A stretch of 64,000 bases of DNA from Marsupella aquatica (GCA_973895155.1 OZ316894.1:11401892-11465891); one strand, 5' to 3'; shown: positions 12,200-24,734, numbered from the stretch's first letter. Translations and numbers: made by a program. Notes: generated by a model from the letters alone, not told the origin.

Positions 12200-15100
12200 T
12201 ACACCGGGGTGACCCTCGGACTTGGGGTTTAGGGTTCTCATGTAGGGTTTAGGGTAAGGAGGAACCCCCGCGGCTTTCCTCCTTACCGGGATTTTAGTGT
12301 GGGTTGTTGGCCCCGGGCTTTTCATCCTTGGTTCTCCTCTTTTGGTGCTCCTCGTACCGCTAGCTTTGGCCCTTTGGGGGCTGTTTTCCGGGCCCCTCGG
12401 CTCTGTTTGGCAGGGAGGTTTTGGTGCTTGGGAGCCTTCTCTGCTGGTTGGATTTCTGCTCCAGCCTGGTGACCGGCCCTGGCCTGGCCCGGGGTCTGGC
12501 GCTTTTTCTCCTGGCTCTGAGCCGGGGTTGGTTCGTGACCTGGGGGAGCACTTTGTGGTGTGGCTTCTTGGTGTTCTGTCCGGAGGGGGTGCCTCCGCGA
12601 TAGCCTCCTTTGCGCGGGGCTGTGGTGGTCCTTTTCGACGTGCGGTTGTTGTCACTACCGGGTCGAGGTTCTTTGCTTTGGTCATCCATCCCTTGCTTTT
12701 GTTTTTAGTTGTCGCTTTCGTAATATTTTCTGTTTATTTTTGTTTGACTTGCCTACTTTATATGTTTCTTCTTTATCCTTGTTTTGTATTTTCATTTCTC
12801 ATGGAGCCTCTTCCCATTCTGAGTTCCCCTCCCCCCACTCCGCGCCCACCGGCTTCCCCCTACTCCACCCCTCTTTCCGCCCGTCGCCATCGTCCCTCCT
12901 CACCTCCCACTTCCCCTTCTGATCCCCGTGTCCAATGCGATGCTTGTCATAGTTGGTACCGGCTGTCAGGTTTGACACGCCACCGTTGTTCCTGTCCTGC
13001 CCTTCGTGCTTCCTCCTCCACCTTGCCTCCACCCCCCGTCCTCCCCCCACCTCCATCTGGGCCCCCTCCCTCCTCTTGGGATTGGTTGGCTCACCTTGAT
13101 GTCCTTGCTGCCCTCTATCCCGGTTTTCGGCATCCCCGTTTGTTTACTAGGATTCCCGTGCCCGTGCGGCCTCTCCTTCAGAGAGCCTTTCGTCTTCCCT
13201 TCGACCGCTTGGCTCGCGACCCCTCAGATGTTGGGGCTTGGTCCTTGCTCCTCCTGCTCCCTCATTGGGTGCTGGTCCTTCCTCCGCGGGGGGGGGCCGT
13301 CCGGGCATAGGGAGACCTTGGTCCGGTTGCAGCGGTTCCTTTCTGCGGATTGGGCTTCGCTTCATGAGAAGTATTACCATAGGTTGTTAGCGATGGCCTC
13401 TCGGACCTCTGAGCCTGTCGAGGAGCCATCTGCCCCTCCAGTGCAGCGCAGGCTTCGCCAGTGCCTTCTATTGGGGCAGGCGGGGGATTTTTCTCGGGCC
13501 GCCCGCTCCTTGGTCCCCCTCTCCCCCTCTCCTCCATCGGCCGAGACCGTTCTTGCCTTACGGTCTCTTCATCCCCCGGCTGCATCAGAGGTTCCTGGTT
13601 TTCTCGGGAGCTTTACCCCTGAGACCGAGTTCTCCCTATCCCGTGAGGTGTTCTCCTTTGTCTTCCTTCATCTACCCCGCCTATCCGCGGGCGGGATTTC
13701 TGGGATGAGGTTCGAGCACCTACACGATTGCTTTTGTCCCGACGACTCGGCATCTGGTTTTTCTGAGTTGTTCCAGGTCTGTGCCCATGTAGCGGGGGGC
13801 CGTATTCCTCCTGTGGTCGCTCGGCTTTTGGGGGCCTGTCGGCTTCTGGCTATGGCCAAAGAGACTGGGGGTGTCAGGCCCTTGGCCATCGGGGAGGTCT
13901 TGTTTTGCTTGGTGAGCCGTTGTGTTTGTCTGCAAACTTGGGCTCCCTTTTCATCACACTTTTTTCCTCACCAGTTTGGTATGGCCACCCCTGGCGGTTG
14001 CGAGAGTGTGGTGCATGGCCTTTGTGCCATCTTGGATATCCACCCCGACTGGGCGGTTATTCAAGTGGATGTGGCTAACGCATTCAACTCTATATCCCGT
14101 CGGGTCATGTTTGAGGAGTTGCGGGCCGCTGGAGGGGAGATCGCATCCCTCATCCCCTTTGCCCGGGCCTTCTATGGGGCCCCGACCCCCTGGTTTACCC
14201 TAACCATCTTGTTCCTGGGTCCTATGTGACCATCTCATCCGAGTCCGGGACTAGGCAGGGTGACCCCCTTGGTGGGGCGTTGTTTGCTATGGTGCACCTT
14301 CGTGCTATTCGTGCCTCTTCGGCTGCCGTCCCGGGTTGCATGTTTCCTTCTGTTGCGGATGACACTCACATTGTTGCCCCGGTCTCGCTTGTTGGGGACG
14401 TCTATTCCCACTTTGTGGACCAGCTTACCCTCATTGGTCTTTCAGTTCAGCCTTGGAAGTGTGGGGGTTGGTCTCGTCTCCCCCTCCCCCACTCTTTCAC
14501 CCCACCTCTTGGTATACCCATTCGGCTCGAGGGCATTAGAGTCCTTGGGGTGCCTTTCGGGGGAGCGGTCTTTGAGCAGGATTTTCTCCTAGCGGCCCTG
14601 TCCCAGGATGTTTTGCATATTGACCAGTTGGCGTCCTTGGGGGATGCCCAGAACTCCTTTTTGATCCTGCTCCTATGTTTTGTTCAGCGTCCTTCCTATC
14701 TTCTCCGGACAGTCCCTCCTACCGCAATGTTCCTGTCCTTACTCTCTTCATTTGACACCACTCTGATGAGAGTCTTTGGTCACCTCATTGGTCCGGGAGC
14801 CCTTGATGGAGAGGATGGTTCTTTTGCGGCTAGGCAGGCTGCGTTACCCCCATCGGGAGGTGGTATGGGGCTGGCCTCGGCAGTGGACACTGCCCCTTGC
14901 GTGTTTCTTGGTAGTTGGGCGCAGGTGGCCCCTACCTTGGCCTCACGTTTCATTGTGGACCTTTGGCCTATCCTCTCTGACTCGGTCATGGGAGTGGAGA
15001 ACGGAGCTCTCCCTTTTCAGGTCCAGCTTTGTCATGCACGGTCATTATTGCCGGAGGATGTGCAGAGCGTGGTCCCTGCTTTCGAGGGAGTTGTTTTGGA

Positions 15101-16140
15101 CGGCCCGGATTGAGTCCAACAGGTGATTTCTGATCGCATGCACCGACACACCCTTTCCAGCATGCTTTCTGAGGCACCCTCGGATTTGGTATGGGCACGT
15201 CTTTTATCCGGTTCGGGTGCTGGTTCGGGGGCTTGGCTATTGGCGAGTCCTCTTTGGGCCCCCTTTCGTATGAGTTCTTTTATTTTTACCACATCCACGC
15301 GCCTTCGGTTGGGTCTTCCTCACCTTGCCTCTTGGGTCAGCCCACTTGCGTCTGTGGAGCGCCCCTTGATGGGCAAGGCATTCACATTCTCAGGTGCGGT
15401 CATGGTAGTGAGAGGACTGCAACACATGACAACATTCGGGACGTGGTGGCGGCCATTGCCCGTGATTCTGGTTACCATATCATGATGGAGCAGAGACATG
15501 TGTTACCTCCACGGGATGGGGTTTCTGATTGTTGTCGAGCAGATTTGGCATTCTCTCGTGCTGGTGTTCGTGCCCTTGGGGATGTCGTTGTTGCTGATCC
15601 AACTAGTGGGGCCAACGTGGCTTCGGCGGCTCATGTACCAGGCCATGCCGCCGCAATGGCAGCTTGGCTGAAGGAGGAGGCCTATGCTGTGCGGTACCCC
15701 GGGGACCTCTTCTATCCGTTTGCCGTGGAGGTCTTTGGGGCGCTACACCCAACCTTTGACCATTTTCTTTGCTCTTGCGCAGTTCAGTACATCAAGCGGA
15801 GGCCCTATCCCCCTGTGTCTGTCATCATTGCATTCTTTAGACAAAGGGTGTCTGTTGCGCTTCAGCGGGCACAGGCATTCACTATTCTTCTTAGGGGGGA
15901 GGCTGTTGGTCTTAGGGCCGCTAGTAGGATTCCTTTGCTGGACCCCCCCATGCAATTCACACCGGAGCTTTACCAGGCTCTCCAGTTTGCTGATAGGTAG
16001 GCGTTTGGGTTCCTGTCTTTGGGTTTGCTTTTCTTGGCCCCTTGGTGGTCTCCCCCCTTGATTGGGTCTTTTGCCTGAGGGTTCATGTCTCCCGGTTCGG
16101 CGCCCTCTATTTTTTGGCTGTCTGATATATAATCTATCAT
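12200..16140 (+). mobile_element. Non-LTR retrotransposon with RT and C-terminal restriction-like endonuclease (CRE-clade-like); near full-length, decayed
   Basis: GC-rich block set in AT-rich flanks, with a single broken ORF: zinc finger CDACH...H..C; RT motifs RPLAIGE, HQFG, DVANAFN, GTRQGDPLG, VADD, LGVPFG; CCHC motif CVCG...HILRC; THD; RADL..DVVVAD; KEEAY; FAVEVFG. No LTRs. The ends are approximate and no TSD was found. Confidence 0.88.
12801..16000 (+). pseudogene. Disrupted ZF-RT-CCHC-RLE polyprotein of the CRE-like element
   Basis: Pieces are spread over ORFs 12297..13310 (from ATG 12801), 13006..14229, 14226..15113, 15123..15485 and 15191..16000. Frameshifts occur near 13290 (G run), about 14200 and about 15330, with an in-frame TGA at 15111. 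Confidence 0.85.
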
Positions 16141-17027
16141 CACTTCAAAGCTCACAATGACTCTTAGTAAAGACCAAACTGAAGTATGATGGACCAAAAA
16201 ATCAGGCAAAGATGAAAAAGAAATAGGGTAGAATTATTTTTTTGGCAAAGCTTCTTTTTGTATTCATCGATCCAAGGGGGCATGAATCATCTGGGGTGGG
16301 AGTAAAAAAGAGGATTGGGTGGGTGAATTTTTGGAGGTTTTATGATGCAGCTAAATCATGTTTCATGTGTGCAGCAACAGAATTTATAATAAAAGAAAAA
16401 TCTTAATTATTTTCTTGCAAATTATCAAAAGAAGAATGGAACATAACATGAGTATGACCCCGAGAAAATACTAATAGAGCCATAAAGAAAGTGTAAGTGT
16501 TTGGTATATTGCAGTGCAATTTGTTTTAATTTTCAGCTTGTTTGGTTTCCTGACCTTTGCCATGAATTTTTAGCCATGAAACTTTGTATGCTTGACCTTC
16601 CTCTTGATGGAGAAATCTCTCAAGTGGGGTTCCCTTTTGTCTATTGATACATTATTTTTACACTAGGGAATATGTTTTGTTGACACTTTATTGTACTCAA
16701 CTCTATTCACATTCAATTAGTTCGAGGACTCCTTGGTTATTTAAGTTTGATGTTATTCAACAACTAAGTTAGAGCACATGAAGAGTTGCATACTGGATTA
16801 GCTTTAAATAATTATGGAGACGGGGAAAAAAGTAGATTTATCATGGTAATAGTCCATGCACAACGTTCCCTTGGTACTCCTATGTCCATAGAAGCCATGC
16901 AAAATGTGTTATAGAACTAGAAGGGTTTCTTACATTCCTTTGGTATTCTTTTATCCATAGTAGTTGAAGGGTTTCTTATATTCTCTTGGTGTTATTTTGT
17001 CAATAGTAGCCAAAGGACGTTATCTTA

Positions 17028-17371
17028 TGTTAGATATTGCTCTAGTCTTGTGACTCATGAGCTAACTACAGTTAGTCTAACTCGGGTTAGGACTTAGCTA
17101 ATGTTAGTGGTAGTGTTGTTGTGTATATAGCCAGGGCTGATGCCAGACCCTGGTGGAACTTAGGCTCATTGTTACGGAGCTAGTTGAGAGATAGGGAGAG
17201 CTTGTGCTGTGGATGCTTGGTATGGCCGGTCGGCCCAGAGTGCAGTAAAGCTCTTGTGTGTTCCCATGGACGTAGCCTCATGTGGAGGTGAACCATGTAT
17301 CTCTCTGTGTTGACTATTGTGCGTTGGATGGTTCATGGGCTTGCCGTTACGAATGTCGTCTATGCTCAACA
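17028..17371 (+). repeat. 5' LTR of the copia element
   Basis: TGTTAGATATTG...TATGCTCAACA. About 9 substitutions against the 3' LTR by manual comparison. Confidence 0.97.
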
Positions 17372-17373
17372 AG

Positions 17374-17385
17374 TGGTATCAGAGC
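17374..17385 (+). other. Primer-binding site complementary to the 3' end of initiator tRNA-Met
   Basis: TGGTATCAGAGC, 2 nt after the 5' LTR. Confidence 0.95.
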
Positions 17386-19106
17386 ATGCCTGGGAGGTGA
17401 CGAGGTTTTTTCATGACAGGTTTTTCCAGCGTTCATTGTCAATGGTACATTCAGAGTTTCGTTGCTTGAAACTCAAATGTGTGTGGCTGAGCGGATAGGT
17501 TAGTGAGAGGGCTTTCTAACGGTGGTTAGAACTCGCTGATTGGTATCCGTAGTGCGGAGGAATTGAAATTTGCGTCGTTCAGGTTTTATTTGTGTTTGAC
17601 GGCTTTTCGGGGGAGAGACCAGAGATCATGTTTTTCAACGGTGTGAGTCGTGCGGTGCGGGAGGGATCGCACATTATAGCTCAAGTTGAAGGTTGAAGCG
17701 AGCTGGTCGTTTTTGGTAGCTGGATAGCTGCCGAGTTGTTACTGAGTGCGATGTGACGAGTGAAGGAGGCGTTCAGGTTTTTTCACAAGCTATATATGGA
17801 GCTTGTTCTCATCTGAACCGGGTTTCTCTTTGTGACGTCCAACTCGGTGGAAGAAACGCGAAGTGCTACGGCTCAAAAGTTTAATCGCGGTGAGGCGGTC
17901 ATTTTGAGCCTGGGATTGGCACTTGACGCGGAGTGAAGGCAACGCAGCGGAATTTTTTTACTGAGCTGGGGTTGCATACTGTGCCGGTGCAATTTGGCAA
18001 CTTTTTCCGTCGGCGGCATTCATTTTTCTCGTGAGAAACAGCGGCTTTTCAAGTGAGTTTTTTCATTTCATTTATGCCGTGGGAGTTTTTTGGTTTTAAG
18101 GGGCTTAAAGGAGTCCCTTTGGTGTGTATACACACCTGAGGTCCCCCATTCACCCCGTTACTCACCCCGCCTCGCGTACGTTGTTTCCCCCGCCCGCACC
18201 CCGGTTTTAATGGCACTCTGCAGCGCTGGCCGACGCATTTGCAGCCGCCCGGCTGGTGCCACCCTTCGGCCTCCTCGCGCCCTGGCCCTTTGTATTCCCT
18301 TAATTGCCGGGCGCGCCTCGCTCCCCCTTTGCGAGCCGGCCCCGACTCCCTCCCAACAGGTTTCTCCTTACGGCCGGCCCTGCCTTTGCCCTACCCCCCG
18401 TTGTGACCTTCAATTTAGCCGGCGCCCCTCCCTGGCGCACGACGTACAATCACCCCCCTCCCGACCCTGTATTTGGCTGCCTTATACGCAGCCGCCCGAC
18501 GCCCTTGCGTACTCTATGTGCCCTTGTACTCTGCGTACACCGACACGCGTCGCCTATACGACGCGGTTGCGCCTTTTTTATACATGTATTTTCTGATTTA
18601 GCACCCCCTTTAAGGGCCTATTTTAAACTTTTTTTCCTTCCTTTTGTTTCCTCTTATGCCGGGACCTGCCACCCTCCGTTTTAACCGCTCTGATAGGGGG
18701 AACGGCCCCCTGTGAGACCTGTCGGACTGTGCGGGAATATTCTCAAAAAACAGAGAGCTGTTTTTTGGCCGTCCGACAAAGATTCCGTCCACCGAACGAT
18801 AACTTTTTTGGTTCTTTTTTGGCGAGGACGTTGCCACTGGAGTTAGCAACGCGGCGCACCGATCACATCACGATTCCGACGACGGGTTGTACTTGGTATT
18901 TTGGTTATTCTCCGAGGTGATCAAAACGGGGGAGTTTCCCAAGGTTTTACCCACCCTGACCAAAATTTGAATAACTTTTTTGTTGAATTTTGATTTTGAT
19001 TTTGGCTTTCAGTATTGGACTCCTAGCTTCGTGGGCTACGCGGCAGTGTTGAGTTTTGAGTTTTGTGAGAAGTTAAAAAAAAGACGTTTTTTCATGATTG
19101 TTTCAT

Positions 19107-22100
19107 ATGAGTGACTCGGAGGATACTGGAAGAATTGGCGTTGGTGGAGCTTCAGGATTGCGACGGTCAGACGGAGAGTCTGAGGAAGAGTTGCTACCGT
19201 TTGAGGAAGAACTAGTGACACCGGTACGATCACCGGTGCGGCGTGCAGTGGAGGAAGCTGTGTTACTACCAGAGCTGTCGGTAGTTGGAAAGAAGAGAGA
19301 GATGGCTAGATTTGGAGGAGTGAAGTTTGAGGTGGAGAAGTACGATGGTCGTACTGATTACTTGTTGTGGGAGAAGCAAGTGAAGGGTGTTCTATGGGCC
19401 ATGAGCTTAGCTCATCTGCTTTCATCGCGAGAGCAGTATGATGGAGAGGAGGAGATTTCTGTGACACAGTGGAGACAGGAGCAGGTGATTGCTGTCAACG
19501 CAGTGATGCTATATCTCAAGCCGCACATCATGAAGCAGCTAGATGATTATGCGGATTGCGCGTCACTGTTCAAGGCTCTAAGAGAGAAATACTACTGGGA
19601 AGATGCGTCAGACCGGCTATACAAGAAGTCTCTCTTGATGAGCCTCAGGCTCAAGGAAGGGAGCAAGATGCGGGATCACCTGGATGAATTTGACAGTCTA
19701 GCGGTGGATCTGTCAAACCTGGGAAAAGAAGTTGAAGATGAGGATAAGGCCTTGCTTCTGCTAAGCTCCCTACCGTCGTCATATCAGGGCTTGAAACAGG
19801 TGCTCTTGTACAGAGTCACGAAACTCGACTACCTTAACACTTAGCTCCGGCGTCGCTGACTCCAACGCCAAGCTCCCTTATGGTCCAGGCCCCAATAGGC
19901 CATTCGGGGAGGACTTAGCATGGGGAGACTTGTGGGCAATGAGACGTGGCACTGGCGAGGCAAGGGGCCAAGCTGGGGACACAAACTAAGGACTTGGACT
20001 AGCCTATGGCTGGTCGGGTCAAGGGGAAATGGGCCGGGCTCATGGATGGTCGTCCGGACCGTCGGATGGGCTTTGAGTTCTGAGGGCTTGGAAGTGAGCT
20101 CCTCTCGAGCCCAAGGCCAATGGAGTTGACGCCATTGGCAACGGACGCTTGGGGCGCAAGTTGTGGCCCGAGCCGGGTTGGGCCGGTCGGGGGCTCTGAG
20201 CGGCAATCAGACCTGAGGGCCTAGGCATGAACACTGGGTCGGCCTGGTCGCAATGGGCTAAGGCACTCCGCTTGCGGATGCCTATCAAGAAAGTTATGGG
20301 CATTGCCAGTTGGTGGCGCGTCCATTATGCGCGATGAGATCCGGGTTGGTGGCCAAATGTATCGGGACCAAAGCTGGTCCGGGGGTGGCAGGTCTCCAGA
20401 AGCATATATGAGGGGAGTGGTGTCTCCCTGGGGGCTAAGGGCGAGCCAAAGTCATGAGCCGCGGCGGTCGCGACACTAAAGGAAATCGCCGAACGAAAAT
20501 GACAATATCTTCCCAACGGGAAGTCCGTTGGAGGACTTCTTGAGTTCGTTGGAAAGCTCTTGAAGAGGGCTACGCCCTCTTGCGTTCAGCTGGGTCTGGG
20601 GGTGCCATGGGTTCTCGTGGTTTATGTGTGTTAGCTCGTCCGTTTGCCAAATCCTGCCGAACAGCAGCCAAGCCACGTTTAGCCTCCCAAGGGAGCTTGC
20701 GTTGGGGAGGCAAGGCCAAGTAGGTATGGAGGCTGAGTCCCGAGGGCGCTGGGTCCCTAGACCAACAGTGGGGCAAGCCGGGAGTCGGTGTTAGAGTCGG
20801 GGCCGTTCTGGTCCCGGCGTGTTGAGACAAGCTTGGGACAAGTTGTAGGACAAGCTATTTGGGCCTATCGCTGACCTATTTACCAACGTCTATTGAGCTT
20901 GAGTTAGGATGCTAGACTTGGCAAGTTCTAGATCCGGTGGGGTTACTTACCAAGGTGCTTGGTTGCTTGTGCAGATAGTGAGCACCGGAGAGTAGCGGTC
21001 GTGTAGGTGAGCAAGGGCGGCTTCGTATGGGAGTGGCCGCGGGTGGTGCTAGAGGCATTTGGAGGCTTGCTTGAGGTATTCCGTGGAGGCGTTCGGGCAC
21101 CAAGGGCACTTAGGCGCAAGTGCTGGGATTGGTGAGGGCGCTGGGTGGCGAGGTCCACCACTTACAGAGATCTGAAGTCCATTTTGTATAATGAGGTGGT
21201 GAGCTCCTTGCTGTCTGATGATGCTCAGAAGAAGTTGGGTCAATCACAAACAGCACCTTCTTCTGGCACTACGTTGAACGTGAACCGTGGGAGAGCAGCG
21301 CAACGCTCAAATGGACAAAACAGGTTTAGATCTACATCACGGGGGAGATCTAAATCTAGAGGGAAATCGCAAGAGAGGAAGCCTCTTGCATGTTGGAATT
21401 GTGGCAAGCCAGGCCACATGAAAAGGGATTGTCGAGTAAAGGTCCCTACTGCATCTGCTAACGCGGCATCGAGCTCGCATGAGGTAGATTTACTCGATGA
21501 TGATAACATATTGTGATGCCAAGGTTATGCTCTCAACGTAGTGTCAAATCCAGGTAGTGATGATTGGATTCTAGATAGTGCATGTACTTTTCACATTTGC
21601 TCTAGGAGAGATTTTTTCAGTTCTTACACGGTTTCCAACGGGTCAGTGTTGATGGGAAATGGAATCCCATGTCAAGTTGTGGACTTGGATCTGTAAGATT
21701 TCAGATGTTTGATGGTGCTGTGAGAACGTTGAGGAATGTGCTCAAGACATATTCCTAGCATGATGAAAAATCTTATTTCACTTGGAGTTTTAGAAGCAAA
21801 TGGCCATCAGTGGAGCTCTGCTAATGGTGTCCTTCAGGTTTCAACTGGTACTAAAGTTGTATTGAAGGGAAAGAGACATAGCAATCTATATGTTTTGGAG
21901 GGTAGTGTAGTTTGTGATGAAGCCAATGTAACCTTATCTCATGAGGAGATGACCCGGCTGTGACACTTCCGTTTGGGCCACATGAGTGAAAAAGGTTTGG
22001 TTATTCTTCAGAAGAATTATTTTCTAATTTGCAATCTTGTAAGTTAGAATTTTGTGAGCACTGTGTGCTTGGGAAGCAGCACAGGAAACCCTTCGGAGTT

Positions 22101-24734
22101 GGAGCTCACACCAGCAAGGAGGTACTTGAGTATGTACATAGTGATGTGTGGGGTCCAGCCCCTACTCCCTCACATTCTGGACGGTTATACTATGTCACGT
22201 TCATAGACGATTACTCAAGGTATGTGTGGATATACTTTCTACACAGTAAGTATGATGTTTTTGCCACTTTCAAGGAGTGGAAAGCCCAAGTTGAGAATCA
22301 GACTGGTAATAAGGTGACATATCTTCGATCGAATAACGGCGGTGAATACAGTTCCGGGGAATTTGGAATGTATTGTAAGGAGCAGGGCATTACCTGCCAT
22401 CTCACAACAAGTTATACTCCTCAGCAGAATGGTGTTTCTTAAAGACTCAACCGAACACTATTGGACCGCTCGAGGAGTATGTTGAGTCAATCATGCTTAC
22501 TACATGAGTTTTGGGCTGAAGCTGTCAACACTGCAACTTATTTGGTAAATATTTCTCTATCCAGTTCTATTGGATTCAAGACGCCATCTGAAATGAGGTA
22601 CGGGCGTCCAACAGATTACTCACATCTGAGGATTTTTGGATGTGATGCTTATGTGCTTACACCTTCCCAGCTTCGATCCAAGCTGGAGTCCAAGTCGAAG
22701 AAGTGCATTTTCCTTGGCTATCAGAAAGGTGTGAAGGGTTATAGGTTATGGGATCCAATAACCTGTAAACTAATTGTCAGTAGAGATGTGTCCTTTAATG
22801 AATCCAGATCATCAAAGGAGGGGGAGAGTTCTGAGGACTCCCACACTGACAAGGGGAAATCTCCCATCTCGGACCGGGTTGAGGGGGAGATTAGTCATGA
22901 TGCTGTTCATGATAGGAGAGATGGAGAAGCTCCAGGCTTGGAGTTGGTTCTTGTGATGGAACAAGAGGAGAAGATTGTTGCTTGGGTACCTCAAATTCAG
23001 CCAGCAACAGCAACAGATCAGCCTAAGTCATCTACTAGAAGAACTTCCAGTCGTTCTACTAGAGCTCCTACCAGGTATGGTCAATGGGCAGACTCATCTA
23101 AGCTAGATGATATTGACATTGCACCTGATGATGATGACATGGCTTTGATCTTGGAAGAAGGAGAGCCTTCTTCGTACAGTGAGGCTTGTGCTTCAGAGCA
23201 GAAGCATGAGTGGAATGCAGCAATGCAGAGGGAGTTGCAATCTTTGAGTGACAACAAGACATGGGAGCTGGTGGAGCTTCCAAGACGTCAGCAAGTGGTG
23301 GCCAGCAAGTGGATTTATAAGTTGAAGGACAGTCCTTCAGAGGGTGGAGAAAAGATCTACAAGGCAAGGCTTGTTGCCAAGGGGTTCACTCAGGAGAAAG
23401 GAGTGGACTACAATGAGGTCTTTTCACCGGTGGCTAAGTATTCCACAATTCGGATCTTGTGTCAGCTTGTTGTGTTTTTTGGTCTGGTGATGGATCAGAT
23501 GGATGTTGTTACTGATTTTCTCTATGGCAACTTGGAAGAGTTGATCTTCATGAGACAGCCACTGGGCTTTATGAAGAAGGGCCAAGAGAACTTAGTTTGC
23601 AGATTGCTCAAGTCCTTGTATGGATTGAAGCAATCTCCCAGACAGTGGAACAAGCGGTTTGATGATTTCATGCTTGCTCAAGGTTTTACAAGGATGGTAT
23701 ATGATCCTTGTGTGTATACGAAATCAGTCAAGAATGATGTATTTGGTTTCATTATTCTGGTTATTTATGTGGATGATATGCTAATTGTGGCTAAAGATCA
23801 ATCTGAGGTTGACAGTCTCAAGGCAAAATTGAGTGTTGAATTCAGGATGAAGTATCTTGGTAAGGCCAAGAGAATATTAGGTATGGAGATTTTTAGGAAC
23901 TGTGATACTGGACAGTTGTGCTTGAGTCAAGGCCAGTATACGAGGAAAGTACTTGCACGATTCAACATGGAAAACTGTAAGCCAGTGAGTATTCCTTTAG
24001 CTTCACATTTCAAGTTATCAACGGCTTTCTCTCCTACGGATGCTATGGAGAAAGGTATGATGGCTAAGATTCCTTATGAGAAGGCAGTAGGCAGTCTGAT
24101 GTATTTGATGACTTGTACTAGGCCTGACTTGGCCCTAGCGATGGGCAAGGTTAGCGGATTCATGTCAAATCCAGGGAAGGTACATTGGGAAGCTATGAAG
24201 TGGATTCTCAGGTACCTCAAGGGTACACAAGATTATGGTTTACTATTTGATAACAGATCAGATAGAACGTTAGTTGGCTATGTAGATTCTGACTATGGAG
24301 GCTGTCTGGATACAAGGAGGTCTACAACTGGGTTTGTATACACTCTTGAAGGAGGATGTATCAATTGGAAATTAACCTTGCAGAAATATATATCTCAGTC
24401 TACTACAGAAGCAGAGTATGTTGCAGCAGCAGAAGCAGCAAAGGGAGCAATTTGGTTGGATAAGTTGATCGCGGAGATGGGTTTAGAGCATGGCAAAATG
24501 ACTCTAAACTGTGATAGTGAGAGTGTTCTTCACTTGGCTGCTAACCAGGTGATGGATAGCAAGGTGAAGCACATTGATATCAGGTACCATTTTATCAGGC
24601 AAGCAGTGTCTAATAAAACTTTTGAGCTAGTCAAGATTGATGGAAAGCTCAATCCTGCCGATGCCTTTACCAAAGTGATTCCTTTGGAGAGTTTCTCAAG
24701 ACACCGTGCTACTTTGCAGGTTTTGCAGTTATAG
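19107..24734 (+). pseudogene. Copia gag-pol, disrupted
   Basis: Gag: EKYDG..YLLW, LLSSLP, knuckle CWNCGKPGHMKRDC. Protease: WILDSACTFH. Integrase: HSDVWG, FIDDYSR, RSNNGGEY (catalytic D to N) and the catalytic E codon changed to TAA at 22440. RT: YKARLVAKG, LYGLKQS, YVDD. RNase H: YVDSD, EAEY. Further stops and frameshifts at about 21690, 21961 and about 22025, plus the insertion at 19816-21162. Confidence 0.95.
19816..21162. mobile_element. 1.35-kb non-coding insertion (solo-LTR-like) nested in copia gag
   Basis: Flanked by direct repeat TACAGAG (19809-19815, 21163-21169). Excising it restores gag in frame (QVLLYRDLKSILYNEV). The ends resemble (T)GTCACG...TTACA. Confidence 0.8.

Noticed and set aside
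12158-12800. Long overlapping ORFs in the CRE-like 5' region (hydrophobic N-terminus of 12297..13310 and antisense 12158..12685)
   Set aside because: GC/GT-rich UTR sequence with few stops and no recognisable domain. The element protein most plausibly starts at ATG 12801.
19841-21161. Many short ORFs within the nested insertion
   Set aside because: No recognisable domains. Such ORFs are expected in GC-rich non-coding DNA.
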